Shown here piece after piece: positions 7,980 through 15,073 of a stretch of 17,753 nucleotides of DNA; position 1 is the first letter of the stretch, and each line of letters begins with the position of its first letter. The stretch comes from an uncultured bacterium (GTDB lineage: Bacteria; Hydrothermota; UBA3073; NMUJ01). The notes below the pieces were generated by a model that did no database searches, had not been told where the DNA came from, and saw only the letters and a list, made by a program, of their open reading frames with translations. Location of the stretch: contig CBFDTI010000024.1 in assembly GCA_965612795.1 (NCBI GenBank), forward strand, positions 1 to 17,753. The letters are read 5' to 3'. Made by a program: the position numbers and the translations under genes.

Positions 7980-9963
7980 CTCTCACCAATATAGGTGCTA
8001 ATACTAAAGATATAACAGCCATCAATTTTATCAAGATATTTATTGACGGTCCCACTGTATCTTTTAAAGGATCGCCCACAGTATCACCTATAACTGAAGC
8101 TTTATGTGCATCAGATCCCTTACCACCGAAGTTACCCAATTCGATGTATTTTTTGGCATTATCCATTGCAGCACCTGAGTTCGCCATCTGTACACCCACT
8201 TGCAACCCTGTAATAAGTGCACCCACTAAGAACCCAGCCAATGCCACTGGTCCAAATATAAGCCCTATAGTCACAGGGAAAACAATAGCCAATACAGCAG
8301 GTAACATCATACTCCTGAGTGCACCCTTTGCAGCAATACTGATAACCCGTTCATATCGAGGTTTTGCCTTACCCGTGAGTATATCAGGGTTTTCACGAAA
8401 TTGGCGCCGCGACTCATCCACTATCCTAGCAGCTATGCGGCCTACTCCTTTTATGAGTAGTGCTCCATAGAAATATGGCATCATCCCACCAAATATGAGT
8501 CCAGCTATCAAGCGTGGATCAAGCAACGATAGCTTTATAGGAGTAACTGCAAACTTATTGATAGCTACAAAATATGCAGATATCAAACCCAATGCAGCGA
8601 GTGCAGCTGACCCAATTGCGAACCCCTTACCTATAGCAGCGGTAGTGTTACCCACAGCATCCAATCTATCTGTAATATTTCTCACACTCACTGGTAGATG
8701 TGCCATCTGTGCTATACCGCCTGCATTATCAGCTACCGGTCCGTAGGAATCGACCGCTAACGTGATACCTAGTGTGGAAAGCATACCAAACGATGCGAGT
8801 GCCACCCCATATGGCCCAACCAATCTATAGCTGATAAGTATACCTACGCCTATAATGATTGCAGGTATAAATGTGCTTAACATACCAAGTCCGAGCCCAC
8901 TTATCACTACGACGCCGGGTCCATCTTTTGCAATAGCTGCAAGTCTCTTTGTCGGTGCATACCTATACGATGTGAAATACTGGCTTGCCCACCCTATCAC
9001 TGTACCCACCACAAGTCCTACTATGACACACCAGAAATAGCCCATGTTTAATCCTAACCTGTGCACTATTAGGTATGTACCGATGACCATAAGTACAGTA
9101 CTCAAATGTACACCAAAATTAAGCGATCTTTCTGGATCACCTTTGGAGAGAAACCTTACCCATACCACACCCACAACCGCGGCTAATAATCCACATCCTG
9201 CCAGATAAAATGCAAATTCATTCAACCTATGTGTGAGCACACCAATATTCACCGCTATAGCTATCATAGCGATCAACGACTCCACGTATGATTCGAGTAG
9301 ATCCGCACCTAACCCCGCTATATCACCTACATTATCGCCTACGTTGTCTGCAATGGTAGCCGGGTTACGTGGATCATCTTCTGGTATGTTTTCCTCCACT
9401 TTACCTACGAGGTCGGCTGCCATATCTGCACCTTTTGTATAAATACCACCACCTGCACGTGCAAATAACGCCATCAGCGATGCTCCCATCGCATATCCAT
9501 TTATGGAGACAGGATCTCCCTCAAATAGCTTAAATACAATGGATAATCCGAATAATCCCAACCCTGTGATAAATAATCCAGTAGTGGCACCCCCTGTAAA
9601 TGATACTCTGAATGCAGCAATTAACCCTTTCTTTGCAGCTTCTGTTGTCTTTGCATTCGACGACGTTGCCACCATCATTGCTACATAACCCGAAATTGCA
9701 GAAAATATTGCCCCTATAACGAACGAAATCGCAGTCCTATAGCTCACCTCCGTCCATCTGCCACTTATAGCTAATCCACATGCTACCACTAATATAACAG
9801 GTGCTGCCCATGAGTACTCACTTATCAAAAACGTACGTGCACCCATTTTTATGATGCGCGATATTTCCATCTCCAACTCACCAGCTGGCATACGAAAAAT
9901 ACGCCAGACCAACACAAGGATCACAAATATCGCTATCCCTATACTTATATAAGTGAGATACAT
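7957..9963 (-). CDS. hppA: Membrane-bound ion-translocating pyrophosphatase, K+-dependent, probably Na+-pumping
   Basis: GGGIYTKGADMAADLVGKVE, EDDPRNPATIADNVGDNVGD, DSYGPVADNAGG, GNTTAA (Ala marks the K+-dependent type), GDTVGDPLKD and many TM segments. SD-like GAGG upstream. Confidence 0.96.
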   Translation of the reverse strand: MYLTYISIGIAIFVILVLVWRIFRMPAGELEMEISRIIKMGARTFLISEYSWAAPVILVVACGLAISGRWTEVSYRTAISFVIGAIFSAISGYVAMMVATSSNAKTTEAAKKGLIAAFRVSFTGGATTGLFITGLGLFGLSIVFKLFEGDPVSINGYAMGASLMALFARAGGGIYTKGADMAADLVGKVEENIPEDDPRNPATIADNVGDNVGDIAGLGADLLESYVESLIAMIAIAVNIGVLTHRLNEFAFYLAGCGLLAAVVGVVWVRFLSKGDPERSLNFGVHLSTVLMVIGTYLIVHRLGLNMGYFWCVIVGLVVGTVIGWASQYFTSYRYAPTKRLAAIAKDGPGVVVISGLGLGMLSTFIPAIIIGVGILISYRLVGPYGVALASFGMLSTLGITLAVDSYGPVADNAGGIAQMAHLPVSVRNITDRLDAVGNTTAAIGKGFAIGSAALAALGLISAYFVAINKFAVTPIKLSLLDPRLIAGLIFGGMMPYFYGALLIKGVGRIAARIVDESRRQFRENPDILTGKAKPRYERVISIAAKGALRSMMLPAVLAIVFPVTIGLIFGPVALAGFLVGALITGLQVGVQMANSGAAMDNAKKYIELGNFGGKGSDAHKASVIGDTVGDPLKDTVGPSINILIKLMAVISLVLAPILVRAGHSAGW

Positions 9964-9985
9964 TTTAAACCTCAGAGATATGTTG

Positions 9986-11074
9986 TCATACTAGTCGTGT
10001 AGGCATCAACAGATACAGTATCTCCTCCTCCTTGCCTTCAGGTAATATAAGTACGCCCGTCTGTGGGCTCTTAAATTTCATTATTGTATTATCAGTATCA
10101 ATATGGTTAAGTATCTCCATGAGCAGCTGTGCATTAAACCCTATATCCATAGGCTCACCTTCATATCGGGAGATAAGTTCCTCATGAGCTTCACCTACTT
10201 CACCCATACTTGTAATCACGAGCTTATCAGGTTGTAGTTTAAACTTCACTACATGGGCAACAACATCTGTGAATATATTTACCCTACGTAACGCTTTGAT
10301 CAGGTACTCTGTTTGTACGTTTAATATATATTCATTTTCACGTGGTATTACACTTTTATAATCCGGATAGCTAGTTGCATCCATGAGCCTCGTAATTATC
10401 CTGACCTTTTCACCTGCGAATTCGATGTTATTTTCGCCTACTTTTATCTCACAGCTATTTTCAATATTCTCTACATACTCCCATGTTTTAGCTGCTACCA
10501 GTACAGCACCTGGTATCTCTGGCTTTATATCCTTTTTATGTACCATAGCTAACCGGTAACCGTCGACTGCTACCATATTTAATCCCTGTGTAGAAAAGTC
10601 CAGCAATATACCGCGAAGAATAGGGTCTCCTTCCTTTTTAGCTGCCGCAAATGCTATCCTTCCAATACTATCCTGCAATATTGGAGTAGGCAAACTAAAT
10701 ACGTTTTTGGGCTCAAATTTCGGCATCTCTGGATATTCGTCTGGATCGTAAGTCCTGATACGATATTCACCTTGTGAAAACGTCAATTTCGCAGTGTTAT
10801 TTTCCACACTAAGTGTAATGTCTTCATCTGGTAACTCTCTAAGTAATTGAAAGAACTCTTTAGCTTTAATAGCTGTAATGCCTTCTTCTATGACATCTAC
10901 TGGCTCACGTGTTATTATTATGGTTTCGAGGTCACTTGCTGAGATTGTAAGTTCACCACCTTTAGCTTCAATTAGCACTGTTTGCAATATAGGTAGAGGC
11001 GAACGTTCACTTATTATCGGTGTAGTTACTTTGAGTGCTTTCTGTACAACACTTTTGGCAAATTTAATTTTCAT
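9986..11074 (-). CDS. dnaN: DNA polymerase III beta sliding clamp
   Basis: LPILQTVLI, SASDLE, VAVDGYRLA, YPDYKSVIP, IGFNAQLL, YLLMPTR. SD AGGAGGT 11078-11084. Directly downstream of dnaA. Confidence 0.98.
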   Translation of the reverse strand: MKIKFAKSVVQKALKVTTPIISERSPLPILQTVLIEAKGGELTISASDLETIIITREPVDVIEEGITAIKAKEFFQLLRELPDEDITLSVENNTAKLTFSQGEYRIRTYDPDEYPEMPKFEPKNVFSLPTPILQDSIGRIAFAAAKKEGDPILRGILLDFSTQGLNMVAVDGYRLAMVHKKDIKPEIPGAVLVAAKTWEYVENIENSCEIKVGENNIEFAGEKVRIITRLMDATSYPDYKSVIPRENEYILNVQTEYLIKALRRVNIFTDVVAHVVKFKLQPDKLVITSMGEVGEAHEELISRYEGEPMDIGFNAQLLMEILNHIDTDNTIMKFKSPQTGVLILPEGKEEEILYLLMPTRLV

Positions 11075-11084
11075 TCCACCTCCT

Positions 11085-11278
11085 GTTTTTAGCCTAATAT
11101 TACTATAAATATTTAACTTTGTTGTTTAATGTCAATTGTGTAATTGATGTATAACATTATGAACTATTTAATTATCCAGTTTTACGTTAAGTTTCTTTGT
11201 GGAAAAACTTGTGCAAAACTTATCAATTTTCCACATTGAGACGTTATCCTTCCATTATTAACTTCTTAATGTGGAAAA
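11085..11278. other. Replication origin oriC, dnaA-dnaN part: DnaA boxes plus AT-rich unwinding element
   Basis: TTTTCCACA at 11198-11206(-), 11227-11235(+) and 11270-11278(-, inside the dnaA 3' end); TTTTGCACA 11210-11218(-); TTATCCAGT 11172-11180. Very AT-rich tract at about 11085-11190. Confidence 0.85.
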
Positions 11279-12551
11279 CTTTTTCCCGAAGATCTACATC
11301 CTTTTCCATTAATTGTTCCACTTTCTGGCACGCATACATAACGGTTGTGTGGTCCTTACCACCAAATGCTTTACCTATCTCTTTTAATGGCAGCTGTAAT
11401 ATCTCGCGTGCGAGATACATTGCTACCTGACGTGCAAGTACAACTGGAGCACTTCTTTTCTTGCTACGCAATGTAGATAATGATATATCAAAAGCTTTAG
11501 CAACATTTTCTTGTATCTCAGGTAAGGTTATCTTCTTAGTTACTTTGAGTATTTCACTCAAACACTCCTTTACTAATCCCAAGCCTATTGGTGCACCAGT
11601 GAGCGATGCCACTGCCATTACTCTCACTATTGCGGACTCCAAATCTCTTATATTACCGCGAATATGTTCCGCAATATAGAGAAGCGCATCCTCAGGTATG
11701 GCCACGTTATACAATTCCGCCTTTTTTCGAAGTATGGCCACCCTTGTTTCGAAGTCCGGCGGTTTCAAATCCGCTATTAGCCCCCATGCAAATCTTGACG
11801 CAAGCCGTTCCTCTAAGTATGGTATCTCCTGTGGTAAAGAATCGCTTGTAAGCACTATCTGTTTACCAGCGTTATAGAGACAATTAAATATATGGAAAAC
11901 CTCCTCTTGTAACCTTTCCTTTTGAGATAAGAATTGCACATCGTCCAGCAGAAATATATCAAAAGATCGATATTTTTGTTTAAATTGGCTCATAGTACCA
12001 TCCTTTATCGATTCTATCATCTCGTTGAGGATGCTCTCAGAAGAAACATAACATACCCTTAACCCTTGTCTGTATTTGAATACGTAATTCCCTATACTAT
12101 GTAGAAGATGTGTCTTGCCTAATCCAACCTTCCCGTATATGAAGAGTGGATTGTATATTTTGCCAGGATTTTGAGCTACCGCCAAACTACCTGCATATGC
12201 AAGGCTATTACACGCACCGACCACAAAATTCTCAAAAGTATAATGAGGTTGAAACATAGATGTACTGGTGGGTACCTGTACATCCACTGCTTTCAATTTT
12301 TTGCGCCGCCTTTCAGAGACAAACCGTATCTTTACACCATCCAATGCAAGCTCTTTTAACACCTGTTTAAAGATTGACAGGTAATGTTCTTCGATCCAAT
12401 CTACGTAAAAATTATTAGGGGTAGCTATCACAAGTTCGCCATTCTCAAGTGCTTTTAACTTCAGTGGCCTTATCCATGTGTTGAAACTCTGTTCAGGAAT
12501 CCTTTCGCTCACCTTATTTACTATCGCTTCCCACACCTTATTGCTGTCCAT
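11244..12551 (-). CDS. dnaA: Chromosomal replication initiator DnaA
   Basis: FNTWI (domain I), YTFENFVVG, YNPLFIYGKVGLGKTHL (Walker A), LLDDVQF (Walker B), RLASRF, NIRDLE, GGKDHTTV (domain IV). Homology begins at ATG 12551; the frame is open up to TTG 12650. Confidence 0.98.
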   Translation of the reverse strand: MDSNKVWEAIVNKVSERIPEQSFNTWIRPLKLKALENGELVIATPNNFYVDWIEEHYLSIFKQVLKELALDGVKIRFVSERRRKKLKAVDVQVPTSTSMFQPHYTFENFVVGACNSLAYAGSLAVAQNPGKIYNPLFIYGKVGLGKTHLLHSIGNYVFKYRQGLRVCYVSSESILNEMIESIKDGTMSQFKQKYRSFDIFLLDDVQFLSQKERLQEEVFHIFNCLYNAGKQIVLTSDSLPQEIPYLEERLASRFAWGLIADLKPPDFETRVAILRKKAELYNVAIPEDALLYIAEHIRGNIRDLESAIVRVMAVASLTGAPIGLGLVKECLSEILKVTKKITLPEIQENVAKAFDISLSTLRSKKRSAPVVLARQVAMYLAREILQLPLKEIGKAFGGKDHTTVMYACQKVEQLMEKDVDLREKVFHIKKLIMEG

Positions 12552-12649
12552 TTTTCCACAAAGTTTTCCACAATCATCCAACGCCCCTGTTCCTTTGTGA
12601 GACAAATCATAAGAACATCTTCTCCTACTTTTATAGACAGTTTTCCACA
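12552..12649 (+). promoter_or_regulatory. DnaA-box cluster upstream of dnaA (second oriC half and/or autoregulatory operator)
   Basis: TTTTCCACA at 12552-12560, 12564-12572 and 12641-12649; degenerate TTATAGACA at 12631-12639. Confidence 0.85.
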
Positions 12650-12675
12650 ATAAACATCTCCTCTACTCAAAAAGT

Positions 12676-12704
12676 AATATAAAAAATGGATAGTCGAAAG
12701 TCAA
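12676..12704 (-). promoter_or_regulatory. Sigma70-type promoter for dnaA
   Basis: Minus strand TTGACT (12704-12699), 17-bp spacer, TATATT (12681-12676). Confidence 0.7.
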
Positions 12705-12746
12705 TCAAGTTGACGAAAACAATATTATGGCGAATTTATTTTCCCA

Positions 12747-13733
12747 ATGAAGATCGGCATCTTAGGTGCTGGCAACTGGGGTACTACTCTTGCAATAATT
12801 TTGTCACCCAAGTCCGAAACCGTTTATTTATGGTCGCATAGGAGGGCAGCTGAGATCTCTGCACGACGTGAAAACGTACGTTACTTGCCAGGTGTCAGAT
12901 TGCCCGAAAATATTGAGATAACCGGTAACTTGGACGATATTGCCGAGCTTGATCTATCATTCCTATTTTTCGTTATACCAGCACAATATCTCCGTTCGGT
13001 GGTGAAGAAATTCAACTGGCACTATAAACGCCCTCCAATAGTAGTCTCAGCAGTTAAGGGCATAGAAGAACGTACCTTCAAAAGACCTTCCGAGATACTC
13101 CGTGAATATTTACCGATAAAACATCCTGTAGTGTTAGGTGGCCCCACTATAGCTAACGAAATAGTACGCGGTTTACCTACTGCAATAGTATGTGCTTCAG
13201 AGGATGAATCACTCGCCTATGCTGTACAACAGCTACTCAATTCGCATCACTTACGAGCATATCGACATACAGACGTTGTAGGGGTTGAGCTTGCAAGTGC
13301 ACTCAAGAACATAATCGCTATAGCGGCTGGTATCGTTCAAGGTTTATCCTTAGGAGCTAACGCACTCGGTGCACTGCTCACACGTGGGCTTACCGAAATA
13401 CGACGGTTTGGTGTAGCCCATGGTGCACGAGCTGAAACCTTTAGTGGACTCGCTGGTATAGGAGATTTGATAACTACTGCTGTAAGTTCATTCTCCCGTA
13501 ACCGTTATGTGGGAGTTGAAATAGGCAGAGGTAAAAAGCTATCCGAAATACTTTCCAATATGGTGATGGTAGCAGAAGGTATATGGACTACACGTTCAGT
13601 TCTTGGTATGGCGGATGCATTAGGGATCACCATGCCCATAACTCGTGAAGTATATGCCATACTGTTTGAAGATAAACCACCAGCTACTGCTATAGAAGCA
13701 TTAATGGCAAGGGATCTCAAGCTGGAGGATTAA
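12747..13733 (+). CDS. gpsA: NAD(P)H-dependent glycerol-3-phosphate dehydrogenase
   Basis: GAGNWGT Rossmann motif, KGIE, GPTIA, LKNIIAIAAG, GIGDLITT, SRNR, VAEG, MPI. Confidence 0.97.
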   Translation: MKIGILGAGNWGTTLAIILSPKSETVYLWSHRRAAEISARRENVRYLPGVRLPENIEITGNLDDIAELDLSFLFFVIPAQYLRSVVKKFNWHYKRPPIVVSAVKGIEERTFKRPSEILREYLPIKHPVVLGGPTIANEIVRGLPTAIVCASEDESLAYAVQQLLNSHHLRAYRHTDVVGVELASALKNIIAIAAGIVQGLSLGANALGALLTRGLTEIRRFGVAHGARAETFSGLAGIGDLITTAVSSFSRNRYVGVEIGRGKKLSEILSNMVMVAEGIWTTRSVLGMADALGITMPITREVYAILFEDKPPATAIEALMARDLKLED

Positions 13734-15073
13734 TGCGAGAAGAGCTACTACGCCGTTTACGTAGGGAGATAGAGGCCAAACATCATGAAAATATTTTGCA
13801 GATACTCGCCTCTCTACATCCAGCAGATATTGCTGAACTCATGGAACATCTTGATACCCACGAGCGCCGCTACCTGCTTTCCATTATGGATACAGATCTT
13901 ATTGCTGATGTATTGCCGCATTTAAGTGATGATATCCTCGTGGATATACTGCATTACCTGAATATAGAGCGGCTATCAGAGGTAGTCCCCAAGATGGGAG
14001 CAGACAAAGCAGCCGACCTACTGCAGGAGCTATCCCAGGTGGATCGTTCCGCATTATTGGCGCAGCTACCTTTGGATAGTATACGTGAAATCGAACCACT
14101 ATTCCAATATCCTGAACATTCAGCTGGTGGAATAATGAGCACTGAATATATAGCACTACCGTATTGGATGAAGATCGACGAAGCCATTCAAACCTTACGT
14201 CAAAAGGCCAGCAAACTACGAGATGTAGGTTACATATATGTGGTGGATGAAAACGACCGCCTACGTGGTGTTCTGCCGCTTAAAAGGTTAATTCTGGGTG
14301 AGGGTAACAAAACGTTGAGTGAACTTATGGATACCGAGATACTCGCTGTTGAGCCAATGGAAGATCAGGAGGCTGTTGCCAAACTTATGCAAAAGTATGA
14401 TCTACTGGCTATTCCTGTAGTTAATAAAGATGGTAAACTATTGGGCATAGTGACTGCTGATAAGGCGATGGAAGTATTAGAACAAGAGACCGAAGAGGAT
14501 CTCTTCCATCTTACTGGACTTGAGAAAGAAGAATCCGTCTTTACACCTACCTTATCCGCTGTACGTAATAGGTTGCCTTGGATACTATTTAGCCTGTTGA
14601 CTACATTGTTATCTTCCAATATCGTACGCGTATTCCGCCACACGCTTGAAAAAGCTATCGTACTTACCATGTTTATGCCGATAGTAGCGGCTATAGGTGG
14701 TAACGTCGGGATGCAGACTCTAACTGTGGTAGTACGTTCACTAAGTTTAGGTGAAATCACTGCCGTCGATATACTTGCAATATTTTGGCGTCAATTCGTT
14801 ATAGCAGGATTATTGGGGGTACTTGTTGGGATGGCTGGATTCATTGAGGCCATCATAGTTTTTCAAGTAGGGCTCAACGTTGCGGTAGTTGTTGGGCTTG
14901 CACTTTGGGCCAACATTATAGGCGCAGCAATATTTGGGCTATTTGTACCGTTGCTGTTTAAGAAGATAGGTATAGATCCTGCACTTGCTGCAAGCCCATT
15001 CATTTTGATACTTATAGATTGTGTGGGTTACACCACATTACTGGGGTTAGGCACCCTGATGCTCATAAAATAA
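13733..15073 (+). CDS. mgtE: Magnesium transporter MgtE
   Basis: N-domain HPADIAE, AGGIMSTEY, tandem CBS domains, RLPW, GGNVGMQT, IDPALAASP and the conserved TM5 Asp. TAATG coupling to gpsA. Confidence 0.95.
   Translation: MREELLRRLRREIEAKHHENILQILASLHPADIAELMEHLDTHERRYLLSIMDTDLIADVLPHLSDDILVDILHYLNIERLSEVVPKMGADKAADLLQELSQVDRSALLAQLPLDSIREIEPLFQYPEHSAGGIMSTEYIALPYWMKIDEAIQTLRQKASKLRDVGYIYVVDENDRLRGVLPLKRLILGEGNKTLSELMDTEILAVEPMEDQEAVAKLMQKYDLLAIPVVNKDGKLLGIVTADKAMEVLEQETEEDLFHLTGLEKEESVFTPTLSAVRNRLPWILFSLLTTLLSSNIVRVFRHTLEKAIVLTMFMPIVAAIGGNVGMQTLTVVVRSLSLGEITAVDILAIFWRQFVIAGLLGVLVGMAGFIEAIIVFQVGLNVAVVVGLALWANIIGAAIFGLFVPLLFKKIGIDPALAASPFILILIDCVGYTTLLGLGTLMLIK

Noticed and set aside
7937..9688. 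Plus-strand ORFs including the 177-aa 7937-8470
   Set aside because: Antisense to hppA, and the first begins inside the tRNA. Typical shadows of a hydrophobic gene.
11195..12573. Roughly 23-bp imperfect inverted repeats flanking a 1.3-kb ORF, IS-like geometry
   Set aside because: The ORF is DnaA, not a transposase; the repeats are tandem DnaA boxes; no target-site duplication seen.
13700..13740. M-box (Mg2+) riboswitch before mgtE
   Set aside because: mgtE is coupled to gpsA via TAATG and has no leader.
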